Assembly: GCF_003790525.1 (NCBI RefSeq)
Contig: NZ_CP033635.1
Reading direction: 5' to 3' (one strand)
From: Escherichia coli
GTDB lineage: Bacteria; Pseudomonadota; Gammaproteobacteria; Enterobacterales; Enterobacteriaceae
Length of the DNA stretch: 64,000 nucleotides
Shown here in pieces: positions 12,552 to 22,591 of this stretch (the stretch's first letter is position 1; each line of letters opens with the position of its first letter). The notes under the pieces were generated by a model that saw only the letters and a program-made list of their open reading frames with translations, had not been told where the DNA came from and did no database searches. A program made the position numbers and the translations under genes.

Positions 12552-13430
12552 TTAATGAACTTGCGGATCTGCCGGAGACGCGTTGTTGCGGATTTCAGCA
12601 ATATCCATCGCATTGAACAGATAGTGGTTACCGCAGTAATCACAATGCATGTCAATTTCGCCATCTTCCGCCAGGATGCTATCGACTTCTTCATCCGGCA
12701 GCGTTTTTAGCGCGTCGGCGCAACGTTCACGCGAGCAGGTGCATTTGAACTCCACATCCTGCGGATCGTAAACCGTCACCTCTTCTTCGTGATACAAACG
12801 CCACAACACTTCGTTTGCCGGTAAGGTCAGCAGTTCTTCGGTTTTGATGGTTTCGGTTAGCGTCGCCAGGTGGTCAAAGTCGTCCTGCTGGGCATTTTGC
12901 GCAGGCATTACCTGCAACAACATACCGCCTGCAGCCGGTTTGCCGTCTACGTCGCCGGTGCGAATAAACAGGCGCGTCGGCAACTGTTCAGAACGCATAA
13001 AGTAATCTTCCAGGCAGGCCGCCAGGGTATCACCTTCCAGACCCACCACGCCCTGATAGCGTTCGCCTTCGCTTGGGGTGATGGTGATCACCACGTAACC
13101 ATTGCCGACCAGCGTTTTCAGGTCGGCATTTTCTGGAATTTCGCCCTGCACGCGCGCTACACCGCGCATCTGCTGGTTGTTGTTACCGTTAATAACCGCC
13201 AGATTCATCGGACCGTCGCCTTGCAGCTGTACGGTGATATCACCATCAAACTTCAACGTAGCGGTTAACAGGCTGGTCGCAACCAGCAGTTCTGCCAGCA
13301 CGTTTTTAACGGGCTGCGGATAATCGTGATTCTCAAGGATCTGTTGCAGGGTTTCCGAAACGGTTACCAGTTCGCCGCGAACGGCAAAGTTTTCAAACAG
13401 ATAGCGATGTAATTGGTCATGTTGCGGCAT
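12552..13430 (-). CDS. hslO: Redox-regulated chaperone Hsp33
   Basis: Translation recognised; two in-frame ATGs (13436 gives MIMPQHDQ..., 294 aa; 13430 gives MPQHDQ..., 292 aa). Confidence 0.93.
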   Translation of the reverse strand: MPQHDQLHRYLFENFAVRGELVTVSETLQQILENHDYPQPVKNVLAELLVATSLLTATLKFDGDITVQLQGDGPMNLAVINGNNNQQMRGVARVQGEIPENADLKTLVGNGYVVITITPSEGERYQGVVGLEGDTLAACLEDYFMRSEQLPTRLFIRTGDVDGKPAAGGMLLQVMPAQNAQQDDFDHLATLTETIKTEELLTLPANEVLWRLYHEEEVTVYDPQDVEFKCTCSRERCADALKTLPDEEVDSILAEDGEIDMHCDYCGNHYLFNAMDIAEIRNNASPADPQVH

Positions 13431-13454
13431 AATCATCTCTCTTGCAGGTGACAG

Positions 13455-13856
13455 TTATTCACTGTCGCCGTGTTTAAATCGTAACAGGTCGCGGCGCTCT
13501 TTTTTGTCCGGGCGTCGGTCCGGATGCGGCATGGTTAAGGCATTAAGTTTACGTGCCAGCGCCATTTTTTCGCGTTTCTCTACACTTTCCGCAGTCTCTT
13601 CATACAGCAAGGCTGCCTCGCTGGCGGGGCGACGCTGTTCAGTAATCGCCTTTACAATCACCGTGCGTTCGTCATTTCCCTGGCGCAGAGTGAGCGTGGC
13701 ATTCAGCTCGACGATTTTGCTTGGCTTGCTGCGCTGCCCGTTGTAATGCACCTTACCGCCTTCAATCATTTCACGGGCCAGCGCGCGGGTTTTATAAAAA
13801 CGGGCAGCCCATAGCCATTTATCCAGTCGAACCTCAACAGCAGGTTTTTCTTTCAT
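13455..13856 (-). CDS. hslR: Heat shock protein Hsp15, ribosome-associated RNA-binding S4 domain
   Basis: 133 aa; translation recognised. Confidence 0.94.
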   Translation of the reverse strand: MKEKPAVEVRLDKWLWAARFYKTRALAREMIEGGKVHYNGQRSKPSKIVELNATLTLRQGNDERTVIVKAITEQRRPASEAALLYEETAESVEKREKMALARKLNALTMPHPDRRPDKKERRDLLRFKHGDSE

Positions 13857-13866
13857 GGCATCTCCT

Positions 13867-14535
13867 TCACATTAGCGAGGGGATCAGGCGGCGGTAGTCA
13901 TTCAGTGACGGATGGCGTTGATACTGTTTCTCGGCAATCCCGGAGTCAGGATTAGTCACACCGAGGCAGTAACGAATACCAAATTGCGCGGCAGCATCGA
14001 GAATCGCTTCGCTGTCATCAATAAACAGCGTTCTTTCAGCTTTAAGACCCGTAGCTTCGGCCACCGCATGCCATAACCGCTGATCCTCTTTCGGATAACC
14101 AAATGTGTGGGTGGAAAGTAATAAATCAAGGTGTGCGTCCAGACCGGTATGCTCAAGTTTTACCGCCAGGTTGTGCGGATGCGCATTGGTGAGCAAAATT
14201 CGCTGCTTACCGCTGGCTTTCAGTGCCTCAAGAAACGGAATGGTATCTTCACGCAGTACGGCGCGCGGTCCCATCTCGGTGGTCATCGCACAGATATCCA
14301 GACCCAGTTGCTCACTCCAGTAATCAAGACAGTACCAGTTTAGCGTATGCTGTACGTCGTGATATTGCTGGCGCATATATTCCATCGCTTCCTGTGGCGT
14401 AACCCCGTTTTTCGCGCCCCATGTTTCAGGCACCAGCTTTTGCCAGAAATAGTTATCGAAGGCGAGGTCGAGCAACGTGCCGTCCATATCCAGCAGAACG
14501 GTATCTACGTCCTGCCAGGCAATGTTGATATGCAT
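13867..14535 (-). CDS. yrfG: GMP/IMP nucleotidase YrfG (HAD superfamily)
   Basis: ORF-track 237 aa trimmed to ATG at 14533..14535 giving 222 aa MHINIAWQDVDTVLLDMDGTL... (HAD motif DxDGT). Confidence 0.9.
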   Translation of the reverse strand: MHINIAWQDVDTVLLDMDGTLLDLAFDNYFWQKLVPETWGAKNGVTPQEAMEYMRQQYHDVQHTLNWYCLDYWSEQLGLDICAMTTEMGPRAVLREDTIPFLEALKASGKQRILLTNAHPHNLAVKLEHTGLDAHLDLLLSTHTFGYPKEDQRLWHAVAEATGLKAERTLFIDDSEAILDAAAQFGIRYCLGVTNPDSGIAEKQYQRHPSLNDYRRLIPSLM

Positions 14536-14599
14536 GAGGGAAATCTCCAGAGTGAAGCAATTTGCGCGACAGGGTAGCATAACCTGCCGCGCAAACGTG

Positions 14600-16735
14600 T
14601 TATTCGATAAGGCTTTCTGAAGGGGTGATCAGTTGCGGGTTCAGGCAGCTTTCATAATAGGCCTGAATCTTCATCATGCGAGTGCGATGACGCTGGTAAC
14701 GACGCCAGGCCTGTACGCCATTATAAATGGCGCTACCCAGCATCGTCAGTAGCAGCAGCGTGGTGCTGAGATAGCGCCACAGGCCGGAACGATCCGGGAT
14801 CGGATGAAGGCCAATATGCTGCGTACCATTGGCGTCAGTGAAGATTTTTGTGACGATACCTTCGGCGTTAAACGGCGTATGCATCAGCATTTGTGCCAGT
14901 TTCTGGAAAGCGTTCCACTGTTCTTGCGGCGGGTAGTCGTAAAGTGATGCCGAAGGCCAGGGCTGATCAACAAAATCGCTGCCTTCGTCGCTGACAATCA
15001 GGAATCCACCGGGGGCCGGACTGTTTAGTGATTGTGCCGCTCGCGCCGTTTCATGCGTGATAAACGGCGCGGTGGAGGTTGCCACCAGGTTATCCAGTGA
15101 TTCCGCACTCACCGGGCGTAATAACACATTCACGCCATCGAGTTTCCCGGCGTTGGCGCGTTTTACCAGCGCGTCCCAGTCTTTACTGTTGCCGAGATTG
15201 ACCAGCGCATTTTTCAGTCGCACACAGTCATCTTTGGCAGAACATAAATCCGCTGTCTTCAGTACAATGTCGCCAAAATCATCAAGCAATACCATGCCGG
15301 ATTTTTGAATTGCTGAACGTAATGAGGCGCTGACGCGAGATTCATCTTCCGGTTTAGGGTGCAGCTGGCGATTAACTGCTTCGGTCAAAGCCGTCGCTTT
15401 GTTGACCAGTTCAGATTCTGGTAATGGCAATGAGCGGGCGTCATTCCAGATGATCTGCGAGCAGTCAAACGGTAAAAAAGGTGAATTGGTTTTCGCGCTC
15501 CAGGTTCCGGAAGTGCGAATATTACACATTCCCGTACCGCTAATACGCAATGTATCGCCAACCCGCACGCCAGCGTCAGCCAGTTGTTTTACGCTGGTGG
15601 CTTCAATGGTCTGTGCGCCTTTCATCCACGAGAGGGTGAATTTCAGCGGCATATCCAGCGGGATCCAGAATAACAGCATAAACAGCACCAGCAGCGAGCC
15701 CGCAGCGATAATCGTACTGCGCAGCCAGTGCTGTAACGGAAAGTTTTTTACTTCATCATGCAGCGAAAGATATCGCCCCTGACGCACTACGTGGCGGTCG
15801 AGATAGATATCGATATCGGTTTGTTGACCAAGATCCTGAGCAATGTAGGGCTGCCAGTGTGCGGGATAGACCAGGTCGATAATACCGAGTGAAATATTGT
15901 TGATCTGTTCCTGATCGTTTTCGCCAAACAATCCCCAACGACGGGGTGTGCCGCGTAGACAATGAATTTCCCGCAGGGAGGATTTTGCCGGGGGCGCGAA
16001 TAGCCCCCACAGTCCTGCGCCCAGCAGCAGTAACGCGCCGCCTGCCAGCCACGGAACAAATACATCCGGGGTAATCAGGCAGAAAAAGAACATCAGGAAG
16101 GAGGCTACAATCAGCAACGCTTCGCGCAGCCCGCGCGGACGACTTAGCGCATACTCTTCGTGCGTTTCTTTGCGAATATTGAGTAGCTCGATTTGCTCAC
16201 TCTCTTCCCCGCGAATCGACGCCTGTGTTGACGGAACAGGTTGCAAGGCATAGCCGCGAGTTTCCTGCATGTACTCCTGCAGCGTATGACCGTTGAGTGA
16301 AATAACCAGCGGCAGCGAATCGGTATGAATCAGTTCAACGGTATTCTCATCGTTGATGTACTGCTCCCAGAAAGGGGGCAGGTGGACTTCTACCGAATCG
16401 AGGTAGTAACGCCATTTATTCGGATCGTCGGTAGAGATGCCGTAACGCGTGATAGCGTGTGTTAGCATCATGACGTTGTTGCTTTCGGCATTCAGCGCCA
16501 GAGAGATCGGTGCCGCGCTGGCTCCCGTTGGGCCAGGCACCTGTAATACCTGCGTCAGGCTCTCAAGATAATTTTCAACGGCGCTACGTTCTTCAGGTGT
16601 GAGTTTGCGCGTTTGCGCGTCTGCGAAAGCGTTGGTCCAGGGCAGTTGACGCCGTCTGGATCGCACTTTTATCAGCCATCCCGCAAGTAGTGAGCAGGCC
16701 AGCAAAGCAGCTAAAAAAATCACAATGGTGCTCAT
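14600..16735 (-). CDS. igaA: Intracellular growth attenuator IgaA (YrfF), inner-membrane negative regulator of Rcs phosphorelay
   Basis: 711 aa; translation recognised. Confidence 0.93.
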   Translation of the reverse strand: MSTIVIFLAALLACSLLAGWLIKVRSRRRQLPWTNAFADAQTRKLTPEERSAVENYLESLTQVLQVPGPTGASAAPISLALNAESNNVMMLTHAITRYGISTDDPNKWRYYLDSVEVHLPPFWEQYINDENTVELIHTDSLPLVISLNGHTLQEYMQETRGYALQPVPSTQASIRGEESEQIELLNIRKETHEEYALSRPRGLREALLIVASFLMFFFCLITPDVFVPWLAGGALLLLGAGLWGLFAPPAKSSLREIHCLRGTPRRWGLFGENDQEQINNISLGIIDLVYPAHWQPYIAQDLGQQTDIDIYLDRHVVRQGRYLSLHDEVKNFPLQHWLRSTIIAAGSLLVLFMLLFWIPLDMPLKFTLSWMKGAQTIEATSVKQLADAGVRVGDTLRISGTGMCNIRTSGTWSAKTNSPFLPFDCSQIIWNDARSLPLPESELVNKATALTEAVNRQLHPKPEDESRVSASLRSAIQKSGMVLLDDFGDIVLKTADLCSAKDDCVRLKNALVNLGNSKDWDALVKRANAGKLDGVNVLLRPVSAESLDNLVATSTAPFITHETARAAQSLNSPAPGGFLIVSDEGSDFVDQPWPSASLYDYPPQEQWNAFQKLAQMLMHTPFNAEGIVTKIFTDANGTQHIGLHPIPDRSGLWRYLSTTLLLLTMLGSAIYNGVQAWRRYQRHRTRMMKIQAYYESCLNPQLITPSESLIE

Positions 16736-17054
16736 GCTTTCCCCATCTTACTTAGTCTGTCAGGCGTGGTCAGTCGCACCGGACACAATACATGATTCTG
16801 CGGTTGGCTATCGGCAAGCGTGGAGTTTAACTTGAGCATCATTAAGCACATCACAGTAACCGCTGATCATAGCAAACCCTCTGAAGGCGGAATATCAGCA
16901 AATTCCTGGAGTTATTTCAACCTATTGACTTTTAATTTGATTTGAGGATGATTATTTAATAAGTTACATAAATGTAAATAACATGCAATTCACATTGCCG
17001 AAAGCGTGTCCGATATCGCACAATAACCGCTGATTTCACAGCATAGATCCCACG

Positions 17055-17615
17055 ATGAGCAAATCATTACAAAAACCCACCATTCTGAATGTTGAAACTG
17101 TAGCCCGTTCACGACTGTTTACCGTCGAAAGCGTGGATCTGGAGTTCAGCAATGGCGTGCGGCGTGTTTATGAACGAATGCGTCCAACCAACCGGGAAGC
17201 GGTGATGATTGTGCCGATTGTGGACGATCACCTGATCCTGATCCGCGAATACGCAGTGGGAACGGAATCCTACGAATTAGGTTTTTCGAAAGGATTAATT
17301 GATCCGGGTGAAAGCGTCTACGAAGCCGCTAACCGCGAGCTAAAAGAAGAAGTGGGATTTGGTGCGAACGATCTGACTTTTTTGAAGAAGCTCAGCATGG
17401 CGCCGTCTTACTTTTCCAGCAAAATGAATATCGTGGTAGCGCAAGATCTCTATCCGGAATCGCTGGAAGGCGATGAGCCAGAGCCGCTACCACAGGTGCG
17501 CTGGCCGCTGGCGCATATGATGGATTTGCTGGAAGATCCTGACTTCAATGAAGCGCGTAATGTCAGCGCGCTGTTCCTCGTGCGCGAATGGTTGAAGGGG
17601 CAGGGGCGGTTGTAA
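17055..17615 (+). CDS. nudE: ADP compounds hydrolase NudE (Nudix)
   Basis: 186 aa; Nudix box GLIDPGESVYEAANRELKEEVG present. Confidence 0.94.
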   Translation: MSKSLQKPTILNVETVARSRLFTVESVDLEFSNGVRRVYERMRPTNREAVMIVPIVDDHLILIREYAVGTESYELGFSKGLIDPGESVYEAANRELKEEVGFGANDLTFLKKLSMAPSYFSSKMNIVVAQDLYPESLEGDEPEPLPQVRWPLAHMMDLLEDPDFNEARNVSALFLVREWLKGQGRL

Positions 17616-17628
17616 ATGCGTGAAGTTT

Positions 17629-17654
17629 GCCTGATGCATAATGCTTATCAGGCC
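17629..17654. repeat. REP-like palindromic unit (GCCTGATGCATAATGCTTATCAGGCC)
   Basis: Near-perfect palindrome with GCCTGATGC / GCTTATCAGGC arms just downstream of nudE. Confidence 0.45.
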
Positions 17655-17754
17655 TGTGCGGCTCCTGCAATATATTGATTTTTCTAGATGTTGCCAGACG
17701 GGTAAAGTGTTCACGCCGTATCCGGTATAAACAAAGTGCACTTTGTCAGCAAAC

Positions 17755-17782
17755 AGAAAAAGGCGCCGAAGCGCCTTTTTAA
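17755..17782. terminator. Bidirectional intrinsic terminator between convergent nudE and mrcA (AAAA-AGGCGC-CGAA-GCGCCT-TTTT)
   Basis: 6 bp GC stem with A-run and T-run flanks, abutting mrcA stop codon. Confidence 0.7.
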
Positions 17783-20335
17783 TCAGAACAATTCCTGTGC
17801 CTCGCCATTATCGATAATGGTCGTTCCCACCTCGTGCACCGCCTGTTGTGTCGGCTGCGTACCTTCGATGAAATACTCTTCGCGGCTGTTGCCACCATTA
17901 GCTAACTGCCCGGTGCTGCGATCGATATTCACCGTCACAATACCCGGCGGCGGCGTCAGCGGCTGCTCCGGCACACCTTCAAGAACGGCTTTCATATAAG
18001 CGTCCCATGCAGGCTGGGCACTCTTGGCACCGCCTTCGTAACCTGAGATCTGATCTTTAATCGCTCCAGAAGCCGTTGTATGACCGAGATTACGACGGTG
18101 ATCATCAAAGCCAATCCAGACCGAGGTCACAACGCCCGGACCGTAACCCGAGAACCACGCATCTTTCGAACTGTTAGTGGTACCCGTTTTTCCGCCTATA
18201 TCATGCCGTTGTAAATCACGACCTGCTCGCCAGCCAGTACCCTGCCAGCCTGGTTCACCAAAAATATTGGTGTTCAAGGCACTCTTAATCAGGAATGCCA
18301 GCGGTGTGTTGATGACGTGCGGTGCGTACTCCTGCGCGCCAGTCTTCGCCACTAACGCCTGATTTGCCTGCTCCAGCTGCGGCATTGGTACAGAAACATT
18401 CTGCTGCTCGCGGGAGATAGCGACATCTTCAACATCGTTATTTTCCAGAACGTTCGATTTCTGCGTATCACCGTAAATCACCGGAATATCGCATTCCGGG
18501 CAGGCTACTTTCGGTTTCGCTTCGAAAATCACGCCGCCCTGATCGTTTTCAATTTTGCTGATAAACCACGGGTCCACCAGGAAGCCGCCGTTCGCCATGA
18601 CCGCGTAGCCACGCGCCACCTGCATTGGGGTGAAGGACGCTGAACCCAGCGCCAGCGATTCGGTGTGGACAATGTTTTGTGCCGGGAAGCCGAAGCGTTG
18701 CAGATATTCTGCAGCGTAGTCGACGCCCATCGCCCGCATTGCGCGTACCATCACCACGTTTTTCGACTGACCCAGCCCCTGACGTAAGCGAATTGGACCA
18801 GCATATTGTGGCGGCGAGTTTTTCGGCTGCCAGTCAGAACCGGCACCTGCGTCCCAGCGAGAAATTGGCACATCGTTCAACATACTTGCCAGCGTCAGAC
18901 CTTTATCCATCGCCGCGGTGTAGAGGAACGGTTTGATGTTGGAACCCACCTGACGCAGTGCCTGGGTGGCGCGGTTAAACTTGCTCTGATTGAAATCAAA
19001 GCCACCGACCAGCGCCATAACGGCACCGTTTTGCGGATTGATCGACACCAGCGCCGAGTTCACTTCCGGCACTTGTGCCAGCCACCATGCATCGCCAACC
19101 TGACGAACCCAGATTTGCTGACCCGTTTGCAAAACATCGGTCACTTTACGCGGCGTCGGTCCCTGCTGAGTATCCGAACGGTAAGGACGCGCCCAGCGAA
19201 CGCCTTCCATACTCAATGCGACGGTCGACCCGTCCGCCAGCATCGCCGTCGCTTCCTGAGGATTGGCGCTGGTGACTGCGGCAGGCAGCAGAGGACCATA
19301 GGTCGGCAGCGCCTTCAACGTATCGGTAATCTTGTTGTTATCCCACGCCGATTCGCCCACTTTCCACAGCACATTTGCCGGGCCGCGATAGCCGTGGCGC
19401 ATGTCGTAGTCCAGCACGTTATTACGTACTGCCTGCTGTGCGGCCTGCTGTACTTTGCGGGTGATGGTGGTGTAAATGCGATAACCGTCTTCATAGGCAC
19501 TTTCGCCATAACGGTTATACATCTCCTGGCGCACCATTTCGCTCAGGTACGGCGCAGAGAAAACAATCTCCGGCGCGTGATAGTTAGCGTTAATCGCCTC
19601 AGTGTGTGTCTGATCGAACTGTTGTTGGGTGATATACCCTTCATCCAGCATCCGCGACAGTACGACGTTACGCCGCGCGACGGCACGATCCATTGAGTAG
19701 AGCGGATTAAAGGTGGAAGGCGCTTTCGGCAGCCCGGCTATCACCGCCATTTCGTTCAGCGTCAGTTGGTCGACCGTTTTACCGAAATAGACTTGTGCCG
19801 CAGCACCGACACCATAGGCGCGGTAACCGAGGTAAATCTTGTTCAGATAAAGCTCGAGGATCTCGTCTTTCGTCAGCAACTGTTCAATGCGAATCGCGAG
19901 GAAGACTTCCTTAATCTTACGCATCAGCGTGCGTTCTGGACTGAGGAAGAAGTTTCTCGCCAGCTGCTGGGTAATGGTACTCGCCCCTTGTGACGCGTGG
20001 CCGGAGAACAGCGCCACACTTGCCGCACGGAAGATCCCCACCGGGTCAACGCCGTGATGCTCGTAGAAGCGGCTGTCTTCCGTCGCGATAAAGGCTTTCA
20101 CCATCTCCGGCGGGATTTGATCCAACGTAACCGGAATACGACGTTTCTCACCGTATTGAGCAATCAGCTCGCCATCGGCGCTGTAAATCTGCATCGGAAT
20201 TTGCAGGCGAACATCTTTTAATGTCGCCACATCCGGCAGTTGTGGCTCGATGTAGCGGTATAGGCCATAAATCGAGCCTGCTCCCAGCAGAATGCAACAG
20301 ACTGCAAGGATCAAAAAATACTTTACGAACTTCAC
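17783..20335 (-). CDS. mrcA: Penicillin-binding protein 1A (bifunctional transglycosylase/transpeptidase)
   Basis: Translation recognised. Start ambiguous: GTG at 20333..20335 gives 850 aa MKFVKYFLILAV...; in-frame ATG at 20357..20359 gives 858 aa. Confidence 0.94.
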   Translation of the reverse strand: MKFVKYFLILAVCCILLGAGSIYGLYRYIEPQLPDVATLKDVRLQIPMQIYSADGELIAQYGEKRRIPVTLDQIPPEMVKAFIATEDSRFYEHHGVDPVGIFRAASVALFSGHASQGASTITQQLARNFFLSPERTLMRKIKEVFLAIRIEQLLTKDEILELYLNKIYLGYRAYGVGAAAQVYFGKTVDQLTLNEMAVIAGLPKAPSTFNPLYSMDRAVARRNVVLSRMLDEGYITQQQFDQTHTEAINANYHAPEIVFSAPYLSEMVRQEMYNRYGESAYEDGYRIYTTITRKVQQAAQQAVRNNVLDYDMRHGYRGPANVLWKVGESAWDNNKITDTLKALPTYGPLLPAAVTSANPQEATAMLADGSTVALSMEGVRWARPYRSDTQQGPTPRKVTDVLQTGQQIWVRQVGDAWWLAQVPEVNSALVSINPQNGAVMALVGGFDFNQSKFNRATQALRQVGSNIKPFLYTAAMDKGLTLASMLNDVPISRWDAGAGSDWQPKNSPPQYAGPIRLRQGLGQSKNVVMVRAMRAMGVDYAAEYLQRFGFPAQNIVHTESLALGSASFTPMQVARGYAVMANGGFLVDPWFISKIENDQGGVIFEAKPKVACPECDIPVIYGDTQKSNVLENNDVEDVAISREQQNVSVPMPQLEQANQALVAKTGAQEYAPHVINTPLAFLIKSALNTNIFGEPGWQGTGWRAGRDLQRHDIGGKTGTTNSSKDAWFSGYGPGVVTSVWIGFDDHRRNLGHTTASGAIKDQISGYEGGAKSAQPAWDAYMKAVLEGVPEQPLTPPPGIVTVNIDRSTGQLANGGNSREEYFIEGTQPTQQAVHEVGTTIIDNGEAQELF

Positions 20336-20454
20336 TGGAAATTTCCCATTTAGTTTCATTTGGGCAGTTTATAAACAAACGCGCGGTAGTATAAAGGCAA
20401 GCCAGACGCATTGATATACCCGTCAGAGTGACGGGTGATAAGGAGATCATCACA

Positions 20455-21234
20455 ATGGCATTTAAGATCTGGCAAATTGGTTTGCATTTACAACAGCAAG
20501 AAGCGGTAGCGGTTGCGATCGTGCGGGGCGCAAAAGAATGCTTTTTGCAACGCTGGTGGCGGTTGCCGCTGGAGAATGACATTATCAAAGATGGGCGGAT
20601 TGTTGATGCGCAGCGGCTGGCTAACACGTTGTTACCGTGGAGCCGCGAACTGCCGCAGCGTCATCACATTATGTTGGCGTTTCCCGCCAGTCGCACATTA
20701 CAGCGGTCATTTCCGCGCCCGTCGATGTCCCTTGGTGAGCGGGAGCAAACGGCCTGGCTGTCCGGGACGATGGCCCGTGAACTGGATATGGATCCGGACT
20801 CCCTGCGCTTCGATTACAGCGAAGACTCACTCAGTCCCGCCTATAACGTGACTGCCGCGCAAAGCAAAGAGCTGGCAACGCTGCTTACTCTGGCAGAAAG
20901 GTTGCGTGTTCATGTTAGCGCGATCACCCCGGATGCCAGTGCATTACAGCGATTCCTGCCTTTTTTACCTTCTCATCAGCAATGTCTGGCCTGGCGTGAT
21001 AACGAACAGTGGCTGTGGGCGACGCGCTATCGCTGGGGGCGCAAACTGGCGGTGGGGATGACTAGCGCGAAGGAGCTGGCGGCAGCGTTATCCGTTGATC
21101 CCGAAAGCGTCGCGCTATGTGGCGAAGGCGGATTTGATCCCTGGGAGGCCGTTTCTGTTCGTCAGCCGCCGCTACCGCCGCCAGGTGGAGACTTTGCCAT
21201 CGCGCTGGGGCTGGCGCTAGGGAAGGCGAACTGA
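20455..21234 (+). CDS. hofM: DNA utilization / competence pseudopilus assembly protein HofM (PilM-like)
   Basis: ORF-track 268 aa (GTG start) trimmed to ATG at 20455 giving 259 aa MAFKIWQIGLHL... Confidence 0.88.
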   Translation: MAFKIWQIGLHLQQQEAVAVAIVRGAKECFLQRWWRLPLENDIIKDGRIVDAQRLANTLLPWSRELPQRHHIMLAFPASRTLQRSFPRPSMSLGEREQTAWLSGTMARELDMDPDSLRFDYSEDSLSPAYNVTAAQSKELATLLTLAERLRVHVSAITPDASALQRFLPFLPSHQQCLAWRDNEQWLWATRYRWGRKLAVGMTSAKELAAALSVDPESVALCGEGGFDPWEAVSVRQPPLPPPGGDFAIALGLALGKAN

Positions 21235-21773
21235 TGAACCCGCCAATTAATTTTTTGCCCTGGCGACAGCAACGCCGGACCGCTTTTCTGCGTTTCTGGT
21301 TGCTGATGTTCGTTGCGCCTCTGCTGCTGGCCGTCGGGATTACGCTAATAATGCGTCTGACAAGCAACGCCGAAGCACGCGTAAACGCCGTTTTGCTTCA
21401 GGCGGAACAACAACTCGCTCGCAGCTTACAGATAACGAAACCACGTTTGCTGGAGCAACAGCAGTTACGCGAACAGCGTTTGCAAAGGCAGCGCCAGCGA
21501 CAATTTACCCGCGACTGGCAATCTGCGCTGGAAGCACTGGCGGCGCTTTTACCCGAGCACGCCTGGCTGACAACGATAAGCTGGCAGCAGGGAACGCTGG
21601 AGATCAAGGGGCTGACAACAAGCATTACCGCGTTAAACGCACTAGAAACGTCACTCCGCCAGGATGCATCTTTTCATCTCAATCAGCGGGGGGCCACGCA
21701 GCAGGATGCGCAGGGACGCTGGCAATTTGAGTATCAGTTAACAAGGAAGGTTAGCGATGGACATGCTCTTTGA
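21234..21773 (+). CDS. hofN: DNA utilization protein HofN (PilN-like)
   Basis: 179 aa; start overlaps hofM stop by 1 nt. Confidence 0.9.
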   Translation: MNPPINFLPWRQQRRTAFLRFWLLMFVAPLLLAVGITLIMRLTSNAEARVNAVLLQAEQQLARSLQITKPRLLEQQQLREQRLQRQRQRQFTRDWQSALEALAALLPEHAWLTTISWQQGTLEIKGLTTSITALNALETSLRQDASFHLNQRGATQQDAQGRWQFEYQLTRKVSDGHAL

Positions 21774-22197
21774 CTGGTGGTTCGCCGCATCACCCCGCCT
21801 CCGCCAGCTTTGCTGGGCATTCTGGTTGATGATGTTAGTTACGCTCATTTTTCTGTCATCGACACACCAGGAAGAGAGCGACGCATTAATTCGACTACGG
21901 GCGAGTCATCACCAGCAGTGGGCCGCACTGTATCGCCTGGTAGACACCACTTCCTTCAGCGAAGAAAAAACGCTGCCCTTTTCGCCACTGGATTTTCAGT
22001 TGCCCGGCGCGCAACTGGTTTCCTGGCATCCATCCGCGCAGGGAGGTGAGTTGGCGTTGAAAACGCTGTGGGAAGCAGTGCCGTCGGCATTTACACGGCT
22101 GGCAGAGCGCAACGTCAGCGTGAGCCGTTTTTCGTTAAGCGTGGAAGGTGATGATCTTTTGTTCACGCTACAACTGGAGACGCCGCATGAGGGGTAA
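21757..22197 (+). CDS. hofO: DNA utilization protein HofO (PilO-like)
   Basis: 146 aa; 17 nt overlap with hofN. Confidence 0.88.
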   Translation: MDMLFDWWFAASPRLRQLCWAFWLMMLVTLIFLSSTHQEESDALIRLRASHHQQWAALYRLVDTTSFSEEKTLPFSPLDFQLPGAQLVSWHPSAQGGELALKTLWEAVPSAFTRLAERNVSVSRFSLSVEGDDLLFTLQLETPHEG

Positions 22198-22591
22198 ACG
22201 CTGGTTGTTGGCAGGTATTGCATTGTGCCTTTTAACCGGTATGCGTGACCCTTTTAAACCGCCGGAAGATCTATGCCGGATTAGCGAACTTAGCCAGTGG
22301 CGCTATCAGGGGATAGTAGGGCGAGGCGAGCGCATCATCGGTGTAATAAAAGACGGGCAAAAGAAATGGCGACGGGTGCAGCAAAACGATGTGCTGGAAA
22401 ACGGCTGGACAATTTTACAGCTGACGCCAGACGCACTAACGCTGGGAACCGGAACAAACTGCGAACCGCCACAATGGTTGTGGCAACGGCAAGGAGATAC
22501 AAATGAAGCAATGGATAGCCGCACTACTGTTGATGCTGATACCCGGCGTACAGGCGGCAAAGCCGCAAAAAGTGACACTGATGGTGGATGA
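22187..22591 (+). CDS. hofP: DNA utilization protein HofP (PilP-like lipoprotein)
   Basis: ORF-track 147 aa trimmed to ATG at 22187 giving 134 aa MRGKRWLLAGIALCLLTGMRDPF...; overlaps hofO by 11 nt. Confidence 0.85.
   Translation: MRGKRWLLAGIALCLLTGMRDPFKPPEDLCRISELSQWRYQGIVGRGERIIGVIKDGQKKWRRVQQNDVLENGWTILQLTPDALTLGTGTNCEPPQWLWQRQGDTNEAMDSRTTVDADTRRTGGKAAKSDTDGG

Noticed and set aside
18806-19696. 296 aa plus-strand ORF inside mrcA
   Set aside because: Antisense to PBP1A coding sequence; Arg/His-rich low-complexity translation.
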